A stretch of 64,000 bases of DNA from Vicugna vicugna (taxonomy: Eukaryota). The stretch is from assembly GCA_013265495.1 (NCBI GenBank), contig MU058337.1, positions 2,200,686-2,264,685 of the forward strand, read 5' to 3'. Below are positions 36,106-49,000 of the stretch, in pieces; the first letter of the stretch is position 1, and each line of letters begins with the position of its first letter. A program made the translations under genes and the position numbers. The notes under the pieces are model-generated. The model was not told the origin of the DNA and did not search any database. It was given only the letters and a program-made list of their open reading frames with translations.

Positions 36106-38379
36106 TAGAGCATGAATTGTGCACGTTGCCTTCAAAGGGTCTTGGCATGGCATCTGAAATGGAAGACACTTGAGAACTGTTTTCACATAGTTGAACTGAG
36201 GCTATGATACAGCACTATTTTTTTCCAATTAACTGAAATTTGGTATGTATTGTATTTACGTTATGTAAATTCCTCAAATGAAAGGAAATCTTTTTCTCTC
36301 ACTGTCCGTGTAAATGAGCGAAATACATCTATCTCAGATTATAGAGTAATATTTAACTCTGTTAGATGGTATATTTATAGATACAGACACCAAGGTACAA
36401 GATAAGTCATTTGAGCTTTTTATCCAGCTCTTGTTACTGAAATCATCAACGGTTTTTACTGTGAGGGTGTGGCAATATGACATTACCTTCAGAGAGCTTC
36501 GAAGCAGCAAAAGCATGTCAGAGATCCAAATGCATCTCCGAGTGCCAAGAATATAGCTAATATACATGGGAGTTGTTCCAAGAAACCCATATGGCAATGT
36601 GTGCTGAACATCTTTTACAGCAGCCATTCCACTCTAATGCAAGTTCGTTCCCTTAAATAGCACCTCTTCTATTTCCTGTGGTCAGAACTGGCTGCACAAG
36701 TTCCAGTCTTGCCAAGGCCTGTGTCTGGGATGTGCATCTCCAGGACCCAAAGTGTTAGACCTCTCTTTTCACTAGCCCGCCCTGCCAAAATCCATCTCGA
36801 CACACCTTAAATTACATTAGATCAAAGGCTGCAAATTATATGCCATCAAAAGGAGAAAGATAAAATGTTTATCTACCGCATTAGAGGGTGTGCGATGTTT
36901 TTAAAGCAGTAGAGGTTTGAGTGAAACATTGTTAAATGTCTCTCCAGAGCAGCGTGGCTTACTTCCTTGGAGTGTTTGATGGATATATTGTAACAGGCTG
37001 GTGGCAAATTCGAAGTGGCATATTCAGTACGTGTTTAGGATGTGTACGCGTTCCGGATTCTTGTGGTTCTCAGTCTAATTGGAAGTAAGGTTTACGTGGT
37101 GAGAGCAGCGAAGCAGTGACAGGCAATACTATATAAGCGAGTCCTGCCTCTGGCCCACCATTGCTTGTAATGGATTTCTACACATTTGGAAAGTTCTATA
37201 ATTTCTTCTTAAAAAATAAACCCATAAATGTCAGGAAGAATATGTTTTCCTCCTAATAGAGTCTGCTCACCAGGTTGACTTGGCTGTAGTGTCTGTAGGT
37301 GGGCTGGGCTAAGGGCCAGGGGGATTAAAAGAATTTTCTGAAATGTTCCTTTTTATTTTTAAGGACTGTTTTCTTAAATAAAATATAAACAAGGCACTTG
37401 AGTAGCCAGGTTTCCAATTGGTAAACGCATCATGCTGTCTATCATCAAGCATATTTTGTCAAAGGGTCTTTGATGAAAGTCACTAAGATGTCTAAATCTG
37501 AATAGTTCACTGCCCACTGAAATGTGCATTGAGATAACAAAATTATCAATTTGTGCTGTTGTCAAAATTATATTTTTCTTGTAAAACTTAACTATTATAT
37601 GCCCTTGGTATTTTTGCAACCTTAATTTTTTTTGATTATTAGGTAGATTTAAAAACATATTAACCTTTGAGAATATTTTATATGTTTGTGTGCTACTTAG
37701 AAAATACATTTAAACACAAAAATCATGAAGTATTTCCTATTGCATGGTTTCATAGTAGGTAACTAATATTATAATCATTTTTCTTTAAATAATTAGACTT
37801 TCAGGAGGTAAGAAGTTATTCTGACATGAAATTCTGTGAAAAAATTCACTTGTAAAGAATTGTCATTAACTTACACTCAGAGTGGAGAAAACTGAAATCA
37901 GTTTGTTTTATCATTTGTTTCTAAGAACATCCATGAGTTTACTTAGAATTTCTTAGGAGGATAAACATATTCTTAAAGTTGTTTTTGAAAGTACCTATTT
38001 AATGGGGTGATCCATGTTTCATACAGTCATTTTTAATTCAATACCTAATTTGAAAATAATAATGAAAAACTCATATGTCTCATTCCCTTAAAAATACACT
38101 TAACTCTCAATATATGTTAAGTCGTGTATTATGCAGAGAGGATTAAAAAATCCTGATGGCGTGGCTCAGATTCCTTTAATACAAATAACACTGAGATCCT
38201 ATTCCATGAAGTTTGTTATGTTGCTTAAAAGCAGGGAAGCCCACACATAATGGAATAAATCAACCTTAAGGAAAAGACACCGCCACCATATACTCATTGC
38301 ACCCCTTCAGTGAGATGCTTTAAGTGTGACACTGTGAAGAATGCGAACTCTTGTTAAGATGCTTGCAGTCATGGGAGAA

Positions 38380-39030
38380 CAAGAGATGGACGATGAAATC
38401 AGCTCTGTACCACGTGCTGGGTGCTCTGCCGGGTGTGGAGGACGAAGTGCTGGAGGGATGTGAGAGACACCTGTCTAGAGGAACTAGAAGAAGCATCAGG
38501 GAAGTTAGAACTTTTGAATGTGTGTCTTGAAATTCTTTCTAAGCAAAGAAATAGCTTGAGCCAAGGCATGGAAATCTATTAGTTTGACATATTTGGATAA
38601 TAGGGAAGGGAAGAAATTTGGTGTGGCTAGAGTCTGAGTTTTATGGGAGAGAATGGCCAAGGATGAGCCTAAGGGTTGTGGTTAGTGGCAGACCTTCAGG
38701 GTTTTCCATCCATATGCCAAGATAGCTAGGCTTTGCTTTTGAGTCTGAGGGAGGGTTGGGGACAGCCAAAGTTAGCTGAAGGGACAGATTCCATTTTGGT
38801 TTAGAAAGTATTCTGCTGGTAGTGAAAGAGTAGACAGCAATGGGGAGAGGCAGGAAGCCGTCGGTGTCGGTGGTCCTTGTGAAAGATGACTGGTGGTCAT
38901 GGAACTGGGGGAAAAAGGAAAGAGAACAGGGCAGCCTTTCTTGGCCAGCTGGACACCACTGATGATAAAAGGAAAAAAAAAAAGTCAAAGAGTAGCAGTC
39001 GGGACAGCCAAAATTTGGGAATGATCAATT
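38380..39030 (-). mobile_element. L2 LINE fragment
   Basis: Purine-rich antisense L2 motifs 'ccaaggcatgga', 'tttggtgtggctagag', 'tttagaaagtattctgctgg', 'gaaagatgactggtgg'. Confidence 0.65.
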
Positions 39031-41014
39031 TGATAGAATGGATTCAAGTAAAATTGACCATGTGGAAAATTCAACCCAAGAGCTGTGATTTCTGAAAACT
39101 AAGATTTTTAAATACCAAAGATAAAAGTTGAAAGTCATTTTAACTATGGTTCTCCCCACAGAAGCTGATTTAAACAAACTAAAAAACCCACAACACTGCA
39201 TTTTGAGACTGTTTAACACACTATTGGCTCAGTTTAAATGATTTATCCAGCAGATACTCATATTGTCTTTGATAAATCCCCCGTTAATTTTTCTTTTTTT
39301 GAACAGCACAGCGAGGGGTTGTCATGCCTGAAGGGACAAAGGTTGGACAGAGATGAAAACTGAGGACAGGGAATGTGTAGAGAAAGAACCACTGAGTGGG
39401 CAGAGGCCCTGCCTGAGATCAGAGGAACAGGAGGGCGGAAAGTGCATCCAAGGCTGTTTCCAGGCTGTCACTGGATGTGAAGAGCCACAACAGGGAGGCT
39501 CTCAAAGCCACAGTCCAGAGGGGCCACTTAAGTGGCACTTGAGAAATACCAGCGAGCTAACTGGGGGCCACAGGAGGGTGTGAATACACGTATGCCTGTA
39601 CGTCTAAAGCTGCTACCGTAGAAATGACTTTAAACATCTCCCAGATGAGAGTGGGTGGGGGCTGGTGTCCTCCTGTGAAGTGTACTCCGCCTGATTATCT
39701 TACTGCAAGATACCGTGCTAGTTCATTTCCACTGCCTGGTGAGTCTTGGACTTACCTTGCCAAGGGTGTGATCCAAAACAGGGTGGGATGATATGAGATG
39801 GGCAGAGCCTAGCTACCTGCAGAGTTTGCCTCCTGAAAACCTCCCTGAAACTTGGACAGCAGCACTGTGAAGGGGCCGTTCATCAGCAAGTCACAGCTGC
39901 AGGGCAGACGCGGACCCTCGTTGGGGCCTTCAGAAAAGTGAGTTCTGGATTTTATCCTGGGCACAGAAGAAACTGTACAGCGTTGCAGAATTAGGGATAA
40001 CTTTCCTTTAAGCCTATCTGTACTTCTAATTTCTTTGCTTATTAGGAGTGAGAACTACTTTTCCTACAAGGCTAGGCTTTACTTTACAGCCCTTAAATGG
40101 GTTAGCACCATCTGTGGGTCTCCCCCGAACTGTCACCAGTCTCCGTGTGCCTCTGACGTCATGGAGATGATCTGGAAACATTCCGTCTGTGATGTCAACC
40201 CAATTAAAAGGCAAAAACAAACAGACCTTTCAAACCCTAAAATACCCAAACTTCTCTTTGATCTTTTAGTAAATGAGTTATTTAAATTAAAAATTATTTA
40301 TTTGCTGTTAAATAAATTATCCGCCACATAATTTGATGCCGCAGTGCAGCGTAGTTATAATCCTGTGTCGTTAACCTTGTGTTTCTCTGGAGTCCTGTCC
40401 TTTCATTTTTTGAGTTCTAAGATGTTAATTTAATTTACTTGTTTCATATCTTCCAGTTTGCTGAAGTCCTGGCAGAATGATCCACAAAAATCACATTCAG
40501 GGAATTCTGAAGAGGCACTTAGTAAGACCCCAATTCCTGGTTTTGATTGGCCTTTGAAAATCAACGTAAATATTTCAGAGCTGCTAGTGAAATGAATGGT
40601 CTTTAAAGGCTTTTACAGAAAGTTCAGTGTATGACTCACCCTAGTATTGAGAAACTTCCTTGAAAGTCACTCCCTAAGACTGAAATGTGTCTTCTATGGT
40701 TAGTGCTGTGTAAACTCACAGGTTTTTTTCTCTCAAATTCTCCATTCTTTGGCATGGTGTTTCAGCTGCTAAGTCTACATGGACTTAGATAACTACAACA
40801 CTACATTGTTATCTAGACATTCTTATTTCATTCTTTCTTTCTGCTAGGATTATTTTCTTGATTTGTGATTAACTCATCCAAAGTGATTCATGAGCCTTTT
40901 TAACCACACTGTTACATGTTTTAATTTGAATTTGGTGTTTCTGTATTACAAGTGGGGAAAAGGGCTGACATTTAGAGTTAAAGAGCAGAGTTTGAGTTCA
41001 CGTCTCAGCTGGTA

Positions 41015-41485
41015 AGCCGGTTATCTATTGTTTAACCAACTAACCCCCACATGTAGTGGTTTTAAACAACTAACATCTTATTATATTCCTTAATTTTGTG
41101 GGTCGGGAATTGGATGCCTCTTCTGTTCTACGTGTATTCATGGAGGCCTCCCAGAGACATACAGGCGGTGGCTAGGCTTGTCTGGAGTGGGCGCAAGATG
41201 GCTTTGTCATGTTTCTGGCCCTTGCCGGGGATGCCAGAAGGCTGGGCTCCCCTGGATCTGGTACCTACCACACCTACATGATGCCTCCACCTCTCGGCGG
41301 CCTCAGGCTAATGGCACTTCTACAGGGCACCCAGTGAGGGTCTTCTAAGAGCAGATGTAAACCTGCTTATGGCTGGTCCTGCCAGTGCCAGGGGCTACTT
41401 CTGGTGGGTCCCCTTGGGTAGACAAGTCCAATTAGACTCGCTTCTCACCGGGAGCACTGACAAGTCTGCGCCATCTCTGGCCTAA
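41015..41485 (-). mobile_element. Old MaLR solo LTR (MLT1H/F-like), apparently inserted in a MIR
   Basis: 'ttatctattgtttaaccaactaaccccacatgtagtggttttaaacaac', 'ttttgtgggtcgggaattgg', 'caagatggct'. MIR-like pieces at ~40965-41012 and ~41490-41620. Confidence 0.6.
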
Positions 41486-41999
41486 CGCGCCTGGGTAATT
41501 TCTGCCTGGTATGATTTTTTTCCTAATCTCATTTTCATGATTTTTCTTCAGTGAGAGTGAAATAGTAAATTCCAACTTCACTGAGTTGGTATGGGGATTG
41601 AATAAACTTCATGAAATTACTTCTTAAATTGTTATTTGCATTCCTTACTAAATTGTAGTTATTACAATTAATTTTGTTTCTGGTCGCATTTTGAATTATT
41701 CATTCTGAATTTGGATCTCTTCCTCAAGTTGGCACCATGTTACCCTTTGTGAATACTTGCATAATGTCTCAAATTTAATAAAATCCTTTCTGATTCTGTC
41801 TTCATCAGGCATGGTCTATATGATCCCCTGGTGGGTCTTAGAGTTCTAATTATGTGTGCCCACAAATTAGGTTTCCATCTCTACTAGTTTTACAAATATG
41901 TTATTTCTATTACACAGGGAGTGGTCGATGGCCTTTGAACATACTATTTTTTTCTGGAAGAAACTCTCTTCTTTCAAATATCAAGCCCCCCCCCCCCTT

Positions 42000-42310
42000 T
42001 ACTCAAATCTCCACTCAAAAATCACCTTATCTGAGAGGTCTTTCTTGAGCACGCTCTCCTAAATAACACTGGGCCCATGGTCTGTTGGGTTACCCTCTCT
42101 CCTTTTATTCTGTGTTATGCTTTTTTTTTTTTCCCAAAGTGTCTTCACTACCTGACATAATGTGAATGCTTGTTTATTGTATCTCTTCACCAACTGAATG
42201 GATACTTCATGGCCACAAAAATGCGTTTCCTCCTCTCTAAATCCATAGGACATAAATCAGGGTCTGGCATAGGGTAAGTGTTCAATGACCAAAGTAGATA
42301 GATGATTGAA
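42000..42310 (+). mobile_element. L2 3' end
   Basis: 'actcaaaaatcaccttatctgagaggtcttt', 'tgtttattgtatctct', 'cagggtctggcatagggtaagtgttcaat'. Confidence 0.75.
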
Positions 42311-44569
42311 AATGATTTGGGGGATGAAGATCACATACAAGAAGATAATAAAATTTCTAAGAAATCCTTTTATGTAGGCCAAGAAGTATCAGATCACTGC
42401 CTGTAAAATTTAATTTCATTGGGTATGGTATATTTCTGAAATAAATTTAGATGTGTGTATATAAATATAACTGAACCACAGATTGTAATCAAGATGTTCT
42501 CCTTGCTCATTTTCTCTTATTTTGACTCTATCACATTAGCCATCCCTGCTCCCATCCCAGGGATTAAATGCTTAGCGTGGGATATGATCTCAGCCATACC
42601 CTCAGAATGGTTGGTTGGGTGGTCAGTTGCACATCTGGGTGGTGATGTCAGTGGGCTGCTGAATGTTGTGGGGAAATCCTGGATTTGGATAACGATGCCA
42701 TGGAAAGCAGTCTTCAGAGTGGTCTGGCTCTGGAGTGACCCTAGTTGGGCTGGCCAAGCTGCATGCCAGATGGAGCTGTCCGCCCACTCTGCGCAAGAGC
42801 TGAGCAGGCGCTTCTGGGAACTGGGGTGGGGAAACACTTGTCTGACCAGTGTTGCCGCTTTAATGTGGGTTTGAGTTTCTGTTTGGTTGTAAACTCAAAA
42901 AAATAGAAAAAAAAAGTAGAACCAGTGCATATAACCAAGATTCATTATTGGTTAGTTGTCTTTAGTAACCACATCAACAGTTCGCCTCTGTGTTTTGAGA
43001 GAGGGTTTTGGTTGTCTTGCAGACAAAGCCCCGTCAGCCGCAAGCGAAAAGTAGCGGTGGTTAAGCACGTGCTCTTCATTGCTCCGGGGGCTGTCACTGT
43101 GTCTCCCCACAGCCGGCAGGCATTTTGCTCCCAGGTAGGATAAGAAACTACAGGGTTTCAGGAGTTTTTTCTTTTCTTTTTAGGGAAAATGAGCAGCAGA
43201 ATCTTCAAGCAGAAATGTGAAATGCGAGTGACTGCAAGTCTCACTGAAGTGGCAAATAACACGCTCCACGTAGAGTACCTGATACTTGCTTTCTGGTGCG
43301 CTTTTGATCTCAGAACACCTAACAGGGCTGGGGCGGGCGAGTTTTGCTGACTTGTTGAATCAGTGCGAAAGATGAAAGGAGACAGTCTTCGCATTCACCC
43401 TGGTGCTGATTGTCCTACAAATAGGAAGCTACCCAGTTAACCCTGCCTGTTGGCAGACTGAGACAAAACTGAAGAGTCTTATTAAAAATAAACAGTGCGT
43501 GTCAGGGTAGCTGCATGTGGGATTTCTGCTTAGGTGCCCACAACTCTTTCAAATACTGCATTAAAATGTGCAGGAGGACTCCTTCGGTTCTGTGAGCAAA
43601 AATATTGTTATGGAAACTGAGGTCTGTTATCATAGCTTCAGTGATTTGCAGTGAGTATTTAATAAATGAGTATATGTTTGAGAATATCCAGTGTGGTAAT
43701 ATGAGTTTACACTCCCCATCCTATTTCTTTTATTTTGACACATATGGAAGATGCTGTTTTGTTTTGACACTCAGAGGAGATGCTCTTTTTATAAGAATCA
43801 ATGAACAGTAATGAGCTTCTAGTTGATGATCTTACCAGATTTCTCTCACATAAGGAAATCTGATGCTGATGAATCTGCAACGTTCTATCATGAGTACTCG
43901 TAGGTGTGGGCATCATTCCCGGTGAGGGATTCACCAGGAGCTGTGTCGTGTGGCTCTCGTCAGTACGAAGGACATCCCGAAAGCCAGAGCAGGATGCAGA
44001 GCGTAGTGTGAGGAGGAGCGATGACCTCCCGCCTGCGCAACACCCTCTTCAGCTGAAGAGCAGGGCCCTGAGCAGGTGCATGGGGACACGCTGCCATTGC
44101 TCTCTGCGCAGGATCAGAGCTGGGCTTCCTCCCTGAGGGCACGTGGATGAAAAGGGAATTTGAAGAGCAAGTGGTGTGCTGAAAAGGGCGCTGGGCTGGG
44201 GTCCGGCAGCCAGGCCAGCCTGCGGACGGAGCTGCTGGGAGCATCCGTTCATGCCGCAGGGGCCCCTTCCCAGAAGCAGGATGGTAGTGTTGCTCAGAAG
44301 TTCTGGAAAGACCCTTGCAGCTGTGAAGTGCCTGTGATTCGATGGGTGTGGCTGTTATCATTTCATTTCAGTGCTGTTAAGGGCACAGCTGTGTCTGTGC
44401 TGCTGGGTGCAGAGGGTACCTCCTCCCCTCTTCTTACCCTAATCCATTAGCTGTGAAACAGCAAACACGCCCATTCAGAGCCCTGCAGTGGGGAGCTGTT
44501 ATTCAGTGTTCGCTAGTCATGCCTCCTCTTTAACATGACATAAACCTCTCTGGGTTAGAAAGACAGAGA

Positions 44570-44735
44570 CGTATAGCTCGGTAGTCAGACCACTGAGGTT
44601 TAAATTTAGCTCCATTATTTATGCACTGCAAAGCCTCATGCAAGTTAATAACTTGTCTGTGCTTCAGTTTTCTTACCTGTAAAGTGGCGATAATAATATT
44701 TACCTCTGAGGATTTGGGGGATTGAGGAAGGAATC
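44570..44735 (+). mobile_element. MIR SINE
   Basis: 'gtcagacc', 'gcaagttaataacttgtctgtgcttcagttttcttacctgtaaagtgg', 'acctctgaggattt'. Confidence 0.75.
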
Positions 44736-44906
44736 CCCTGTAAGGAACATAAGAAGGAATCAATAACTATCCATTATTATTTTGATTTTAAAATGAGAAC
44801 TGGTGTGAAACTAAATGGTTGGGAAAAAGCACCCTGAATGACCAGAGGGGGCTTATCAGAATGGTTAGCCAGCGTCAGATGAGAGACAGAATACTCTGTT
44901 AGGAGC

Positions 44907-45294
44907 TGTATGAGTCTGCGCGGGCTGTCATAGCAGAATACCGTAGACAGGACGGCTGCTACGACAGAAATGCGTTTTCTCACAGCTCTAGATGCTGGGA
45001 AGTCCAGGATCAGTGTCCCCTGGGTTGGTCTCTAATGTGACCTGTCTCCTTGGCTTGCAGAGTCACCTTCTGGGTGAGTCCCCACGTGGCCTTTCCTCTG
45101 CACATGTGGGGAGGAGGGCGGACTCTCTGGTGTCGCTTCCTTTTCTTATCAGCCTTACGAGATGAGGGCACCATCCTTGAGATTAATTTAACCTGAATTA
45201 CCTTTCTAAGGACTGTTTCCAAACACAGTCACGTCGGGGGTCAGGGCTTCAGTGTATGCATTTGGCGGGGGGAGGTACAATTTAGTCCGTAACA
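44907..45294 (-). mobile_element. MaLR solo LTR, MLT1A0-like
   Basis: TG...CA termini. Segments 'tgtatgagtctgcgcgggctgtcatagcagaatacc', 'ttttctcacagctctagatgctgggaagtccaggatca', 'atttaacctgaattacct', 'caatttagtccgtaaca'. Confidence 0.88.
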
Positions 45295-45794
45295 GTGACA
45301 TCCAACAAATACAAACTCCAGGGAACACCGCTGTCCTCTCTTTATCGTAACATAGTTTCACTACGTGTGGTGAGATGGATAGCGTCTTCACTTTAATTGA
45401 AATCAGAATTATATTGGAATAAGGGATGATCAATATGGGTTTTAACATGTTTGCTCTTGAACTGATAATGTCTTAGCAAAAGACAAGAGTTTGATAGTCC
45501 TTAAAAAATTGTCTAGAAGTTGACTGATATTTTTTTATTTTGGCATTCTCAGATACGTTAGTTTTAATAAACTCTTTTGGTTATCATCTGATGCTACTCA
45601 GGGAAGATAGATTGGAAAGCATAGATCCTAGGTAGACATGAAGTGGAATGAAACCCTGCCCTAGTCCCAGCACCCAGAGGTAGCTCGGGGTTGTTATAAT
45701 ATTGTCCTTTACAGTAAATTGGAGGGTTACGGTCTATTAACTGAGGCAGAAGTCCTGTTGGGGGTATAAGCTGTTGAGTCAATTCGTGTGTTTG

Positions 45795-46040
45795 TTTTCT
45801 AGGCACATTGAGTTTGATATACCATGGAGACATCTGAGAGACGTCCAGAGGGCACTGGGCTTTGGGTAGGGAGATCCACAGCTCGGAGGAGAAGGCTGAC
45901 TTGCAGACAGACATTTGTTACTGGTCTGTGTATAGATAGTGGTAACTACTGTGGATTCATGCGTGTGGTTGAAGTTGTTAGAGGGCGTTCATCTGACGGG
46001 GGGCGGGGGATACGCATCAGCACTTGGGGCACAGTGCCTG
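45795..46040 (-). mobile_element. L2 fragment
   Basis: 'ttgagtttgatataccatggagacatctgag', 'gctcggaggagaaggctgacttgcagacagacattt'. Confidence 0.6.
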
Positions 46041-49000
46041 AGGCCCACTTCTAGGTGCCCCTGAGCATATTTGGATTAAAATCAAAAGGAAAAAGATAAA
46101 GCTTTAGGATCAAAGAAAGTGTTCTAATTTTATTCCCACGTCAGAATAAAATGGCATTCTCAGGGACCATAAGAATATATATAACTTTACCGAAAACAGA
46201 AACAAAAAGAAGTTTAAGGGTTTAAAACAGTTTTTTTTTAAATATTGATGGTATTATGATGGTAAGTATCAATGAAGGCAAAAATTCTTAGGGCCCATGA
46301 AGTTATATTGTGGCTCTGGGTTTATAAAAACCTGGAAAGAGCAATCTTAAAGAGATGTGGGAAGAAATAAATACTTGCACAAATGTTTACAAATGTCCAG
46401 GGGTTCAACCCCAGTTCACTTTCTCATAACCCCCCAGCCCCCAAGGACAAACAATGATATTTTTCTACAGATCTTTCCAGTCCCACAGGGCAACGTGGAG
46501 GTGGTCCCTCTGCTCTGAGATTGTTATTTTCCTATTACACTTCAATTACATTTATAAAGTTCTTTCTTTCATGCCAGCCTAAATGGTTTTCAGAGTTATT
46601 AATTTTAATGTTTAATAAACCAGTTTCCATAGCAACATTCACATCACAGATGTTTTGTTAAAGCCTCTCTAAAGCACACCTTTGTCAATATGTTATTTTG
46701 AACATTGCAAAAGATAAATACTTGAAAAAGCCAACACATCTCTTAGGTTTCAGGCTCACAATTTGCATCACTAATTATACACTCTCTTCAAAGAATAAAA
46801 CGATATATAGTATTTAAGTGAGAGTTGACGAGCTAATTTCAGGCATATAAAACAGGAAGAGGTCAAAATAAAACTTACCGCTCTTGGAAATGAAGTGTAG
46901 GGTCGAGAAATATAAAGTTATAATTATGGAATATATATGTTTTTTGTTAAATGTTAACTATTACATACAGGTGCCGTGAATGATTATTAAAATTTTTAAA
47001 TCCATGAATATTTTTCTCCAGTGAGTGGCACTGATTGTTATTCCATGGGTAGAGCCTGGACTCCTGGCGTACATGGGTCACTGACTGGGAAATGATGCAA
47101 TCTTGATTTACTTTTCTTCATCCCTAGCTCTTATCTGATCTTGAAGTTAAGGCATTGAAACTATCTCAAAACCTTGATTTTTTTTTTAAATTAAGATGAT
47201 AATATTTAATAGCCACATATTTTAATGACTAATTAAATGGTTTTGGCTCTGGTTTCCTTTTCTGATTTTTTTTAAGGGTTTTTAAAACCATTTTTTTTTA
47301 ATTAACAGAAGGAAATAACAAATAACATTGGCTAAACGTCACTCTGAAACTTAGAAGAAAAACAATAATAACTTTTTCCCCCTAATTTTCATCTGCTTCT
47401 TTGGAAAAACCAGAAGGAAAACTTGGGGGTGACAAGGTTCATTCCGATCTTGTCCCGTCACGGGAGCTGGTCACTAAACCTTCTCTTGCTTTGTTTGTAG
47501 TCTTTGTAGACGCTTTGTTGTAGAGTCTTGCTTTGTTTGTTGACTCCCTGTTTGTAGAGTGAGTGAGGATTCCTGGTTTATGTGACCAGGTCCAAGTGAG
47601 GACAAATGACCATACTGTTTTCTGAAGGAGCGCCAGGCCTTCCCTGCCTGAGACGTGGCTTTGACTCAGACTCTAGTCCAAGGTGGTTTACGTGGTCTGT
47701 GTGGGAAGTGAGTCCTGATGAATTCATGTGCAGGGGGCAGAGGAAGGGGCTGATGTTTCTCCTGAGCGTTTATGCACAGTTATGTGAGGTAAACATTGTC
47801 TGTCCTCTTCCCTGTCCCTGGAGAGCTGGGACAACCCATGTCTTATGTCTCCCAATAGTCAGAAACCTTGGATTCTTCTCAGTACCAGCCTGGCCTTGGC
47901 TCACGCCGGATGAATACTTTTCCACGACAGAAACCCCCACATTCACTGTGTAAGGATGCATGACAAATTTCATGTAGAGCAATGACCTAAGAGTCATACT
48001 CAGATGTGAAGCAAGAGTGAGCACAAAGCTTTTATTTGTTCTTTAAGAAAAAAATCATTTCTTTGTGAGTTTAAATCATCAGCCAGGCTGCAGGAAGGAA
48101 AATGGATTTTACCTGGCCTTCTTTGGTCTTTTAGTGACTGTGTGAAAGTAGACCATTAAGATCTCCCTGAAAGATTGCAGACCCGCCCATTAGTTTTAAA
48201 TCTCAGGCCTTTGAATGTAGATAACATGAACAAAGGAATTTAAAATAAAAAAAAAAGTAAGCAAATGGATCCCCTAGCATCTCTGTGAGCCCTCCGGCTG
48301 TACAAAAATGCAATACACAAAACTCTGCTTGACTTACCTGGGAGAATGTTACAGTCTATTAAGTTGGTCCTTTTAGGGTAACAGTGACTTAACGGATTGC
48401 TTTGCAGCCAAAATTTGGAGAAAAGTGAAAAACAAAATGGGCAGTTTATTTTTTTTTCCTCTTCTTTGTAAATTTGATGTTTCATGGTTGGGTTGGTGTT
48501 TGAGTGAACTGTGTCACAGATCATGATGCTGACTTCCGTCTTCAGCGGGGCTGCTGTGACACCCCTGACCATGGATGGGATCTGCCGCCTTTCACTGGCT
48601 CCTCTAGGGGGATGCAAGATACTTGTTACAAGATAAGAGGCAGGGATGACAGCTCTGGTTTGTGATGGGGAGCGTGCGGAAGCTGACTGGCCCATTCCAG
48701 GAATAGGAAACCTGTGGCCTTCTAGTGTGATGCTCTATCATTTTATTCCCACATGGTTTCTCTGGGAGACATATAAACCCTGCTCAAAATATTTATTTAT
48801 TTATTTATTTTGCATTTCCTAGCTCAAAAAAACCCCAAAACATAACAGTTTAAAATATACCCTTCAGGGTGCAGTACTCTCAGTTAAGATATTTTTGGAA
48901 GAAAAACTAAGTCTTGTTTTAGGTTCACATTAGAAAATTTATTTTACTGTCTCAAAAATAGAAAGTAGCATGCTTTCTTCTATTTTGGAAATCTGAGCTC

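Noticed and set aside
44670..44690. Minus-strand 'tttacag|gtaaga' recursive-site-like motif
   Set aside because: Falls in the MIR core, which produces this pattern readily.
46400..46415. Pol III B-box-like GGTTCAACCCC
   Set aside because: No A box or tRNA-like structure upstream.
48240..48695. 151-aa minus-strand ORF
   Set aside because: Crosses homopolymer runs, has no recognisable domain, and its length is plausible by chance.
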